A DNA stretch of 59,564 nt, the filler included, from Bipalium vagum (lineage: Eukaryota): assembly GCA_037834085.1 (NCBI GenBank). It is 3 parts of 3 records of this genome, joined end to end, with 100 filler letters (N's around TTAATTAATTAA, not from the genome) between each part and the next. Parts side by side here need not be neighbours in the genome. Positions count along the whole stretch, not along the records: positions 1 to 21,184 come from JBBMKC010240964.1; 2 more parts are not named here. One strand, given 5' to 3'. The notes under the pieces are model-generated. The model was not told where the DNA came from, searched no databases, and worked only from the letters and a program-made list of their open reading frames with translations. Position 1 is the first letter of the stretch. Each line of letters starts with the position of its first letter. The translations under genes and the position numbers were made by a program. Shown in pieces: positions 1 to 12,118 of this stretch.

Positions 1-119
1 TTTCACTCTTGACCCTTTTGCGGTCTTTAAATTAAATTTTTTTAAAAAAAAAAGGTTACCACATTAAAAGGGTATAATGGATATGCCCTTGGTTAACCCA
101 ACAAAAAAATAGTTTATAT

Positions 120-520
120 ATTTCAGAAAAGGGATTTTAGTGTGGAAAATAAAGAATGTCCCGATCAAAGGAATCGGTCTGAAGATGAAGATCTGGAATC
201 ATTAAGGTTTTAGGATCCATGAGAAGCTCAACAAGAACATGCAAAATCATTAGATGTCTGTAGATCGTCAATCAGTCAGCGTTTACAAATCATGAAGAAG
301 ATGTACAAGAAAGGAAGATGGATACCTTACGAGCTGAAGCCGAAAGACCTAAAAGATAGAAAACCACTTGTGAAATGTCGCTTGCTCGACAAAGAAGACA
401 AGGTTTCTTGCAATAAATTGTAAAGAGTGATGAAAAGTGAATTTATTCTGATAATTCTAAATACAGAAAAGCAATGTGCAACCTTGGTGATTCATCCAAA
501 GCAATTCCAAAGAGGAATAA
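120..520 (+). mobile_element. Decayed mariner (DD34D) transposase fragment
   Basis: Manual translation gives GRWIPYELKPKD (WVPHEL linker) and GFLQ*IVKSDEK*IYSDN (first catalytic D region), with stops and frameshifts. Confidence 0.8.
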
Positions 521-1624
521 TAATAAGAATGTAATATTTAGAATAATTAATATTGAAAAAGCATTATAATATGAAATTGCATATTAATAGCAAATTTAAC
601 TTTATTATACCTTTATTATCTTATTAATTCTATTTTCAGTAAATTTAGAAATCCAGTTGTGTTTTGGTATGAAGGCAATGAAGGCTGGGCACAACAAATG
701 TTTTACAATTTTACTACAAAAGGTCCAGAAATTGAATGGATTGAAAAAAAATTTACTTTTCCGTTAGAATGCTATGACGCTCCCCCTTGCAGATAAACTC
801 CATAAAAATTGTCGTAAATTTTTAAAATTTTTAATTAGAAGAAGTTAAAATAAATGATAGTAAGATTCGACTGCTTAGTTTAATAAACATTATCTAAGAA
901 TTTGAACCATTCATTTATGTTTTACCAAGATTCATAAAAAGGTGTTTTTGTGTTTGTAAACATTTGTCGCTTCATAATGGTCGGTTTAATGTTTTGTAAA
1001 TTTGTTTTAATTTTTTATATTAATATAATATATTCTAATATATTCTACTTGAAAGAATGTTGAATGCTGACAAAATCAATGGTAACTTGAAATTAAGAAA
1101 ATCAATCAATAAAGACAGATATTTATATATTATTATAAAAATTGTTGATATTCTAGTTGCATGACAAAATCTTTACAAACTGAAAAAACTAAAGAATCTG
1201 ATGAATTATTACATGAAAAAACTGAAGAAGCTAAAAATACTATATATTTATATAGTTGATTTTTTATATCTATATGAATTAAAAGAGAAAAGAAAATAAT
1301 TTCGTTTATGTTCAGAAAACTTTACAGTTAATTCTTTTTATAATTTATTTATAAGATACAATAAATTGATGTTAAAAAATGGTTGAAACTTAAATTAAAG
1401 ATCACAAAAATTAGAATTACATAATCCTAAAGTGTTAGAAGAGATATTTCAACATTTATTATTTATTTAAAACTATCTCAAGTAGTTCGTTAATATTTTA
1501 ATAATAATAGGAAATATTCATAAAAATATATTTTTAAAATCATAGCGAATAAATTTGCAGGAGGAAAATATTTTAAGTTAGAAATTGATTTGCATTGAAA
1601 GAGCTAGACAGCTTGACCATCATT

Positions 1625-3326
1625 TCAGGAATTGATTCTCGCTTTTATCCAATCCACAATGTCCTTGCTGAACTTTTTATTAATCCCAAAAGCCTCGTTT
1701 CTCAATTGGTGTTTCCCGTTCAAATACGTTATTAAAGTCTTATCTTGAACTGAGGCCTCCTTCACCAATTGTTGGCTACCCTCGATTTCACAAAGAACAT
1801 CTTTGTCGCCATGTCCAATGATGAAAGGTGTGCTTAATTCTCGGAAAAAGGCCTTTTTGTTTTCCACGGCATCGTAAAGAGTGATGATTGTTTTCGCTGG
1901 GATAGAGTCGTGAATTCTCAAATTGTCACTTTTAACTTTTTCCAAATATTCAAGGTCCGAGCTGAAATCGTCACAATTCAACTTGAGCATTGGAAATTGA
2001 GGATAAATTAGATTAATGAATTTCCCCATATACACCGTTACCCGGCTGAGTTTTGAAGGGAACGTCAATAATGGAGCTTCTAAGCACAACCCAGCAAAAA
2101 AATTTCTCCTCTGCAACGTAGCGCAAACCGATATCAGACCTCCCATGGAATGTCCGTAAATAAATATTGAAACTTCCTCCAATGTTTTCACAACACTATC
2201 AATGTCCAGAAGAACATCGCGAACTAAAGAGTCAAAGTCAGAAACTATTCCACGCTCTCCTTCACTCAATCCGTGTCCTAAACGACGCAGTTTATTAAAT
2301 TTTAATTAAATGTCTTTCATGTGCAAAATATTTGGAATTAATAAATATTAAATAATTTTTAATTATTTGACGTTTAATTTTTTTATTATTAATTATTAAA
2401 TATTTTATATTATTTTAAATTAAGGGATTTTCAAATTAATAATAATATTATTAATGTTATAATAATTATTACTCCCTCCGTCCGGAATTATCGTATACAT
2501 TTCAACAAAAATCGTAGATTATCGTGATTATAAAAATAAATTGGCAACTGTCATTACATTCTTATAGTAAATACTCATGAAATATTTGACGTAAGCAATA
2601 CCATTCTTAGTTAAAAACTTAACGCTCAAACATCAGTGTTTCTTGAGAAAAATAAAATTAATACCGCTGCAAGACGAATTTGGAAAATTCTGAAGGAAAT
2701 TTGTTACACTTAGAAAGAAGAGATTCCAAATATAAACAATTAACCAAAAAACAACGTCAAGGTATATTAGAAAAATTATTACATCAGATGAAAGAGATTA
2801 TGCTAAAACACGGTGCAATCAATGAAGTTGCTACTGCGTTTCGAGTTTCCAGGCTAACAGTTAAAGCCAAATCAAATTTCGAGTGAAAAAAATCATTCTT
2901 ATTTAATTAAAATATTTCAAATAAAGTTAATATAATATACTTGTCATGTACATTTTTTGATTTATTTTATTTTTTCGCAAATGTATACCATATTTCCGGA
3001 CGGAGGGAGTATTTATTATTATATTATCATTTATTATTTTGTTTAATTTTACTATTAACGATATTTAATAATTATATTTTTAATTTGATAATAAATGAAA
3101 TCATAACTTTTGATCAATACAGAACAAAATACGATCAGAATTATTTTATCTTTAGACACTATTTATATATTAGACACAAAATTTATTATTTCAAATATTT
3201 ACAATTGCGTTTACCTCACAACTTCCATGAATAAAATGAAAAAATTCAAATTCTTTATTAAATTTCTTTTATAATTTATTGATATTTTTGAGAAAATTTT
3301 TAATCTTTCAAAGTTAAATATAATAA

Positions 3327-3358
<32 letters not shown>

Positions 3359-3882
3359 CGATTAAGTAATCACAAACCACAAATATTGATTTTTTGAGGA
3401 TAATAAAATAGTTATTCAAGAATAAATTTAAATGTAAATATTTAATGGTTCAGGTACTTGAAATCATGATCATTATTATAATTAATGGTTTGAAATATCA
3501 CATGTGGCATTTTTAATTAATTATTTCGAATTGCGACATAATATTCGAATCTGAAATTCCCAGATCAAAAATTGTTTACTGGGAACATAATTTACATTAA
3601 CTTGATGTCATTTGCTTCATATTTTGACACATTAAAAATGAATAAATTTTAAATTTTAAACCAATAGTTACCAATATGATCATGAGAGATAACCATACAT
3701 CCGATATCGTTAAGAGGTTTGATTATTGATTCGTAATAGGAAGCCTGGCAGTGTTCAAATAATCCATGAGTCAGAAAAAGTACAGCTTTCACATTACCTG
3801 TAATAGGCTTGTAAATAATTCTAAATAACTTCAGTCCATCAGGATTAATAAAATAATCTTTCGAAAAATTAGGATTATCCAT
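1625..3882 (-). CDS. MGLL: Monoglyceride lipase-like alpha/beta hydrolase, 2 coding exons (3882-3672, 2277-1625), ~287 aa
   Basis: GT donor at 3671 and AG acceptor at 2278 join in phase 1 to give ISHDHIGHGLSEGERG. Motifs: THGLFEH, GHSMGG (nucleophile GXSXG), HGDKDVLC (Asp), GKHQL (His). A probable 67-nt 5'UTR intron lies at 3951-3885 (GTAAGT...TTTAAG). Confidence 0.88.
2472..3009 (+). mobile_element. Internally deleted DD39D (plant-type mariner-like/Stowaway-related) DNA transposon in the lipase intron
   Basis: TA target duplication at 2470-2471 and 3010-3011. ~31-bp TIRs CTCCCTCCGTCCGGAA(T/A)TAT(C/G)GTATACATTT. Internal frame 2680-2886 (LTKKQRQGILEKLL...LKHGAINEVATAFRVSRLTV) resembles the N-terminal HTH of Soymar/Osmar-type transposases. 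Confidence 0.85.
3320..3358. repeat. (TAA)n microsatellite
   Basis: Direct reading of the sequence. Confidence 0.9.
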
Positions 3883-4147
3883 CACTTAAAAAAATTATTT
3901 CGATAAGGTTTTCTGTGAATAAAATTTCAAAAATTTCAAAATGAGACTTACTTAAATTAACTGATGCGTTTAAACAACAAAGTATTTAAATTTCAAATTA
4001 TAAAAATATTTTTTCACAATTAAATTTTACAAATATTAATAATATTAATATTAATACTAGTAATAATAATATTTTTCCTCTAAATTTGAAACAACAATAT
4101 ATATCAAATTAAAGGTAATTAATTCATATATCACATTGAACTAATAT

Positions 4148-4960
4148 ACAGGGTTTTTCAAAAAAGATAATTAACTTTTTTAAAATACTTAATTGATTTT
4201 TAAAAGATTTCATTACTTTTGAAAAAGCATATTATTTTATATAAAAATAAAAATAAGAGGTTCAAAATCTCCAAAATCTTTTTATTCAAAAACTTTCACG
4301 CGCAACATCTTTTATTAAAAATGTATGCATATGGCGAAAAAAATTTTGATAGTGTTCAGGTATGATATAATTTGAATTGTTCTGACAATTGCTGTCAAGT
4401 ATATGGTCTTTCTATGCTGAAAATACCTCAATCGGATTTAATTGAGGAGAATACTATGTCAAAAAAATAGTTGGTGATTGTTTCTCGTTACTAATTCTCT
4501 TATTTGCGCCATTTTGTGAAAACCAATGTTATAACAAATAATTATTTGGTTGGTTATATTTTCAGAATTCAATATTTGCAAGAGATTTCTTAAATAACTT
4601 TCAAAACTTTTACCCTTATAACTACCTTTTTGTTTTCAAAAAATAGCAATTTCACAGGCAACGCAAACAGAATTTTTTGACTTCTTACTGTAGTTACCTG
4701 TTTTTTGGTGTTATTGTTTTCGCATCGTATAATTCACACCAAACTCATGAAGAAATGTCAACATGTTTATATTTATTTCTCACAGGTATCTTGCATAGTT
4801 AAATCGAGCTTCAATGCTATTCATAGAGTTTCTTCGGATTGGTTCTATTTCTATTCTTTTGAAATTATCCTTAAAACTTTCTATGCATCGGTGAATGGAT
4901 GCTATAGATATGTTTTGATTCATATTTTTTGCTGGTTCCTGTTTGATTGTTGAGAGACCC
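4148..4960 (-). mobile_element. Decayed IS630/Tc1-like transposase remnant
   Basis: TA|CAGGGT terminus at 4148. The minus strand reads QLFFLT*YSPQLNPIEVFSA*K around 4400-4480 (YSPxLNPIE motif). Distal boundary approximate. Confidence 0.65.
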
Positions 4961-5262
4961 TATTGCCAACTATCTAAAGATGAAAATTTTGTTTATCAAA
5001 CTGTTGACAGGGAGACTGGTGCTCACACCCAAAGATTTGAATAAACCGGAGACTAAGATCTTGTCAATGAAAGGTGTCTATGTTGATCTCTTGGAATTAT
5101 ATTAATATGGATGGATGTGGCGAAAAAATATTCAATCAATGAAAAATCAATTTTTTATTTATAAATTTGCAAATCAAAAGTTATTTGTTTTGTTTCAAGT
5201 TTCTTTTTGACCGAAGATCCAATAAAATCAATTCCTTTATACCTTTTTCTCAAAATGAGTAA

Positions 5263-6642
5263 TGTTAGGTTTACCCAAGACACCCCCCCCCCGGGGGAAA
5301 AATAAGTAATAAAAACTATAAATAAGGTATAAATACTAATAATGATAATAATAATAATAATATTGTTAATAATAATATTAATAATTAAAATTAATTAATA
5401 CTTTAAAAAAATAAGATAATCCATGAAAAATAATTTGTATTTTAAAAAGCCTGAAAGAGGTTTTTTAATAAAGAATAATGGTCATAATGAAATAATTTTT
5501 AGGGAATTCTTAGGGAGTTTTGGAATTTTCATAAAATTTTTAGAATTTCAAGTATAATTTTGAGAGTATCTGAAGAATATTTCCCAGATGAAGATCAGTC
5601 TCTAATAGTATATAAGCTAAGGGATTTCAGTAGATTTTCACCCCTCAGAAAACCTTGTCAAATCAGACTTTAAAGACGAATACGGACGCAGACATCTATA
5701 GAAGCACGGAGATTACCCTTCAATTCTCAAGTATTCTAACCTTTATTTTAAATTCTGGATCTATGGTTAAAATTCCCCATCAGAGGATTATCGGTGAGCA
5801 ACCGTTAGAGCTCAGGCGATAACTCGGGAGTTTTAACGACAACTTAAATCGTAAGACTTTTCCTTTTTGTTTTTTTTATCTTAAGTAAATAGTAATTTTA
5901 TAAGTAGTATTTTATTGTAATTTTGTTAAACATTTGATTATTAATATTGATTATTTGATTTAACGTTCATTTTGACGATATTTGATCATTATTATATTTG
6001 ATTGAACATTACCTTTAATTATTTTTGGTGTGTTGTGTTTTGATCAGATAGTGTAAGAGTTGTGTAACATTTCAGACATTTATTGTGATCCCAGACTTTT
6101 CCATTATCTTTTTGAATTTCAGTGTATTGTATTTTCTGTTGGTGTGGTATAAATACAAGTGTTGCTTTACTGATTGTTGGAGTTAAATTTGATACCCTAA
6201 ATATTGAACCGAATATTTAAAATAAATATTAGTTAATTTTTATAAAGTAAATAATTTAGTTTTTAAAAAGGGCGAGGCTCATGTTTGAAAAGTTTGTTTA
6301 AGTAATCGGATTTAGTAAAATATATAATTATTGCCTTGATCTTATATTATTATTTTAAATGACTACAAATGAATAAAATATGAATGAAAGGTTAATAAAT
6401 TCGATTTATCACTATATTTTGACAGAATTTATTTTAAAATATTAATGAATTTATATTTATTATAATAATTTTTTTTAAAAAGATATAAGCCAAGTCGGGT
6501 GGATTTGTTTTTATGGCTAAGGGCATCAGATAAGTATTATTATCTACCCATTTTGTGAAAAAAATCAAATTTTAAAAACCCATCATTTGAAGAAAATTAG
6601 GGAAGACCCTCGATGTTATTCATATTTATAATTATGACAACA
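5263..6642 (+). mobile_element. Putative solo LTR-like unit
   Basis: Starts TGTTAGG and ends GACAACA. TATATAAG at 5609, GTAAGA donor-like site at 5851, T-rich distal half. GGCTAAG and CC(C/A)TCGATG near the end are shared with 9570-11190. No target-site duplication found. Confidence 0.35.
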
Positions 6643-6713
6643 ATGGAATTCATCAGTTGTATTAATTTCTATTATTATAATTGTATAATAATAATGTTAC
6701 TATTATACTAAAA

Positions 6714-7273
6714 TGTAGTAACGTGTGCTCGTCTGCTCGTGACTCCTCACTTTGTAAAATTTTTCAGTTCGCTCCGAATAAAAATTTTGTCTGATTTTAT
6801 GACTGAAAACAGGGGTTTATATAGTGCTGTTTTCAGCCTTTGATTCTCCTGATTCTCTTGATTATTTTTTATCAATTTTATCGCTATCTTTCTAATATTG
6901 CTAACGCTTGTCAGCGAATATTTATTTTAGGCATATATTTTGCTAATTTCATCTCGATTTTTCTAATATTGTTAGCGACTGCTAACGAATATTTATTTTG
7001 GGTAAACAAATTTTATCTTCATCTATACTTGGTAAATAGCGATATTTCTAATATTGTTAGCGACTGCTAGCGAATATTTATTTTTTTTTTTTTGGTAATT
7101 AAATTTTATCTTTATTTATTTTTGGTAAATATGCCAAATGAGCCCTTTTTGACGAATATTTATTTTTTGATTAATATTTTAAGAACTTAATTATTAATTT
7201 TCCAAAATTATTATTATTTTATTTATTTATTTATTTATTTATATAATAAAAGGTTTTGTCGTACAATTATACA
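6714..7273 (-). mobile_element. Putative LTR-like promoter unit with tandem repeats
   Basis: TGTA...TACA termini, minus-strand CTATATAAAC near 6815-6824, three tandem units upstream of it on the minus strand. Confidence 0.35.
6889..7130. repeat. Three imperfect tandem units (71-85 bp period)
   Basis: TTTCTAATATTG...CGAATATTTATTTT recurs at 6889, 6960 and 7045. Confidence 0.85.
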
Positions 7274-7437
7274 AAATTTTATTAAATGTTATAAAAAGAT
7301 AATCACAAAGGTTAAAAGATTACAACATATATTTTTTTTCATGCACATCACTAAAAGTTTTAATCAATTATTGTTATTTCGGCATCCTGGTTGTCAGATT
7401 TGTTGATTTTGCTGTCGGTGATGTCGGGTATTGATGT

Positions 7438-7545
7438 TGATGTTGGATTGTTGGGTTTATTGGTTGGATTATTGGAATTGATGGTTGGATTGTTGGGTTT
7501 GATGGTGGAATTGATGGTTGGATTGTTGGGTTTGATGGATGATCC
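7438..7545 (-). repeat. Minisatellite reading as (K)PNNPT repeats on the minus strand
   Basis: GTTGGATTGTTGGGTTT units; ORF 7360-7551 reads KPNNPTINSTIKPNNPT. Confidence 0.75.
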
Positions 7546-9569
7546 CTTCATTATTAAAATTTTAATTAGCAGTTTTGTTAATTGAAAGCAACCCTTTCAC
7601 TTTGATGGGATTTTTAAAAACTTAGTTAAACCTAGATAAGAGGGTTTGTAATAATTATTTCTACTGAGATGGAAAAAATTATGGTCCTTTTTGTAGCTTT
7701 TGATGTTCCATTAGCTAATGGGAAAGAGATGAAGAGAATATGAGTGACGGATTGTGGATTTACTCTTTCTTACCAGATGGTTGAAAGTGGTGAGACATTT
7801 AATCTATCACTGCGAGTTATTTTGGATGAAATCAGTTGATGATTGTATGATGCTGGAGTGAAAGAAAAATTAATTCAGATGTTCGTCAGAATTTGACGAG
7901 AGATAGTTTTTGGAAAAGCAGTAAGTTTATGATAAGTTAAAAATAGTTTGAAGTAGAATAAACTAGGGTTGAGAACAAAAAAAAACCAAATTTGAGACCT
8001 AAAGTGATTAGTAAGGTTGAGCAGAATAGAATTAAAAACAAATAAGTGAACAAATTTAAAAGCAAGTTGATTTACTTTTGATGCTTTTGCGTATTTAATG
8101 TTAAAGAACTTTTGAGAGATTTTTAGAGTGTAATTGAGTTAATCAGGTAAAAATGAATGCTTTGTTGGTAAAAGGTCGATTTAACTATGTTAGTCATGGA
8201 TATTCTCAAGTGTCAGTCTTTTATCTATATTTGTTCCAGCCCCATTAAATTTTTTTTAGAGGATTTATTGAATTTAAGTACAATTATCGTAAATATTTTC
8301 CTGCTGTAAATTTATTATTAAACATATTTGTTTCCGATTCTAGAGACAATTCTAAACTTTACTATTGAAAAAAATTCTGGATATTTTTCTTTTAAATTTA
8401 AATTTCACTAATCATATTTTTATTAATTTTAATGCTATTAAAAATATTTTAAAAAATAATGTTTGTGTTTTCATATTTACTTTTATTATATTTTGATTAT
8501 GAATTAAAAAATACATATAGATTTTTTTCACTTAAAAATAAATTTGATATTTTTGATTTTTTAAAAAAATATTATTTTAATTTTTATTTATATTTTCATT
8601 TATAAATTAGAAAAACCTAATAAGTATTCTTCATTTATCACAATGGATTCGAATCAAAATAAAATTCATCTTGACAATAGAATTTAAAAGACCTCAAAAC
8701 TAATTAAAAAATTTTAAACAAATTATTTAAATATATGGGAAACCAAAAAAAGAATTGAAAGAAGATTTAATAAAATCTCATTAACCTGTTTTAAAAACAC
8801 TACAGTAAAATAAATTATTACAAATTTTAGATAAGCAGTATAATAAAACCTCATTTGTTGGAAAATATTATGAAAATAAAGAAGAATTTAACAAAAAAAA
8901 AACTTTTAGATAATTAAATCGGAGTTTATAATCAATAGATTCGAAGAAAAAACATTTTTAAGTCAAATATTCTGAGAAAGGTTCTGAATTAAAAGTTTAA
9001 AATCAATGTTCAGAAGGAAAATCTGAAGATTATATATCAGAAAAAACGGTAAATAATATAAAAAGTCTTCAATTTTCAAAAAATGATTTTAAATCAGACT
9101 TTATTAAAAAAATAAAATGAAAATATTTGAAATAATAAAATTATAAAAATGAAATGTATCTGAAGGAGAAAATTCTCATCACTGAAAATTTTTATTTGAA
9201 GAATTTATAAATTCAAGAAAAATTTAAGCTTAAAATTTAATTTTACCTTTGTTTCATGAGAGCTTCATTCGAATTTGATTTCAAATTATTAAAGGCTTGC
9301 TTGAATTTTTCTTTATAAACCTCTTTGGATTTCTTTTTCAACTCTATTTAACTTCTTTTTGCATATTAGAAATACCTTTTTTTCTTTAACTTTAAAATAG
9401 TTTTAATATTCATTTATATTCTTTTCAACTTGTTTAATCTCTTTGTCTGATAAAATTTTATCTTCTAAAACTTTCATTTGAAATAAATAAAGTGTTGGGT
9501 TTATCAAAGGCACGAAAGGTGAAATGCAAAGATTGAAAATAATAAAAAGATTGATAATGAGAATAACAA

Positions 9570-11190
9570 TGTTAATAATAATTTTAATTTTAATTAAGAA
9601 AAAAATTGAAAATTTTAAAATATTGGAATAAGCAATATATCAAAATCTCGTCGTCAAGATAATGATATATTGCTTCATTAATTATTATTTCGCAGAAGAT
9701 ATTTCTCGTCGTGGGGACTATGAATTTTGATTTAATGTTTTATTCGATCAAACTTTATCTCGTCGTTGAGATAGAGTTTGATTAATGGCTATTAGAGGAA
9801 ATAGTCGTGTCTAAACTTAGGGATTGGTGATCGTAGACCAATCTCTATGACTAGATATAAAGACGGATATTTCCATAAAGCCGTCCAGAATATTTGCAAA
9901 AAACGCCCAGAAAAATCACTTTGAAAAAAATTGAAAATATTGAAAGACTAGTCGTTATTACTGCCGAGAAGTTTCAAAAAGATTATTCGTAATCATTCTC
10001 GTTTATATTCAGATGATTATGAGACAGATGAATATACAAGGGGACCTAGAGAGCTTGGGAATCCCTGTGTGACCCGAAAAGGACCCAGTGAACGACCCGG
10101 GGACCCCTGTTCTCTTGGAGTGAGAGTATTATTGAATTTTGTTATTTTTATTATTCGTTATTCTTGTTTTAATAATTCAAATTAAATTTCGGTATTAATT
10201 TTCATATATTGTATTTTGCTTTTAACTATTTCATTTGATTTGATATTTTCTCATATTATTTAGCGCGGACGTTTGATCGATTTTATGATAGTAACTTTAC
10301 CGAAGTTGGATTTTTTTGAGTATTGTTTAAAATTTTGTTGTACGACGTTTGGATTTTTAATAAAGTTTTACTGTGATTGTTTTGATTCAATTGAGGTGCG
10401 AATAAAGTATTATTGCGGGAATATCATATATAATGATTTTATTTTGACTTTGAAATTTTATAATTATCAAATTCAAAATACTTGTATAAAGATATTTCTC
10501 GGTAATTTATAGTCAGCGTTACTGTAACCATTGTTTTTTAAATAGACCAGATAGTCGATAAGAATTAATCGATTCAAGTAATTAATGTTAATTTTTTCTT
10601 GTTAAGTCAGTTTTGTCCTTTTGTTTGTAGTTTCATACGAATCTGTTAGAACGTAGTTCTTATCAGACAAATTATTCACTTATTCTCGATTTGAGAGATT
10701 ATTCTTGAATTTAAATAATCATTAGTAAGTTATTACTTGATATATTACAAATATATTTTTGTCGCAATAGACTATCTTAGTTATTGTTTTGATTTTTATG
10801 TCTGAACAGTATAGGTTTAAGCGCGCAAATCTTTTGGTGGCATTTTTTGCTTATCAGAGTGAATTAAGAAAGTTACCTCACAACCGTCCTGCTTTCTTAT
10901 TCAGCCTTACATAGTCTCAAGGAATTCTCAAAATAACCTTATATGCAAAGGAATATATTCTGTTTTACCCAAAAGTTTTCACAACGCGGTTTGGTATTGT
11001 CATATTTCCGTCTGTGGTTGAATTTATATATAAATTTTTCGATTTCTTAAACTTTATTTTATTTTTTTAAGTTTGGTTTTTGTGGTCTTGTTTTTCGTAT
11101 TGTCTGGATTTTTTTGTAAATTTTAACCAAGAAGGCTAAGTACCCAAACCTACTCTGGTACCATCGATGCTTTAAACAATTTTTGTAACA
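9570..11190 (+). mobile_element. Putative solo LTR-like unit with hairpin array
   Basis: TGTTA...TAACA inverted termini. Serial hairpins 9630-9885, TATAAAG at 9856, donor-like GTGAGA at 10120, T-rich distal part. No TSD found. Confidence 0.45.
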
Positions 11191-12118
11191 TTTTGTCTGT
11201 TTTTGAATAATATTTTTGTTTGGCACAATTTTGGGTCAAATTCTTAAAAATAATTTTCCTGTTCTCATTTTTGATATTATTTTTCGAAAATTCATTTCTA
11301 CGCAATTTTCTGTCATTTAGTAATTTCGACTTTTAAAGTTTTTAAAATTATTTTATTTACAAATATTTATGTAACTAAATAAATTTTTTTTATTATAATT
11401 ATGTATAGTAAAAGTAAAAATTTATGTAATTCAAATTTTATATTATAAATATAAATATTCTAATATGCATATTTATTTACAAGATAATGGTGCAAACGAA
11501 GTACATACGTACTTATGGCTAAGGGTAAAGATCAAGGCTCTTGTTATTCTCCTCTTAAGATAAAAGTTGAAAAAATCTGTAATCAATTGTTGTAATCAGT
11601 TTGTTCATAGTCAATAAAAATAAATTTTCATTTTTTACTATTTTTTAATATTATTACTTTCTACGAGTCTATAACAACGACTGTTGAAATGTATTAATTT
11701 CTTGAAGATATATATGTAAATATTACATTTAATAGGTAAATTAGATTTTATTAGAATTAGATATTTTATTATCATTATACTCAGAATTTATCTAGATGTT
11801 AAAGATTTAAGATTTGTTTAACATAAGTTTAAAAATGAAACATAAGAGTTTGCGACCTTTTTAAAATTTTTTAATAGTAAAATCAATTGTATTTGAAAAT
11901 TCTAAAAATAAAAATAATTTGATTTCACTTATTATGGATTATCTAATAAATTTGTTTTAAAAATATGTAAGTTTATACTGATTTAATATTTTCAAATATA
12001 AATTTTTGCTTTAAATTTTTCTTAGATTTTTATTTAAATAAATTAAAAATATTTTGTTTTTGTGAGTATTTTAAAATCATTTTAGTTATATAAATGACTT
12101 GTTTTTCAGATTTCAATT

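Noticed and set aside
6889-7130. Repeat-spacer-like pattern resembling a CRISPR array
   Set aside because: Only three imperfect units with related spacers, eukaryotic context, no cas genes.
7391-7585. Plus-strand VGLLGL repeat ORF
   Set aside because: It is the antisense reading of a minisatellite.
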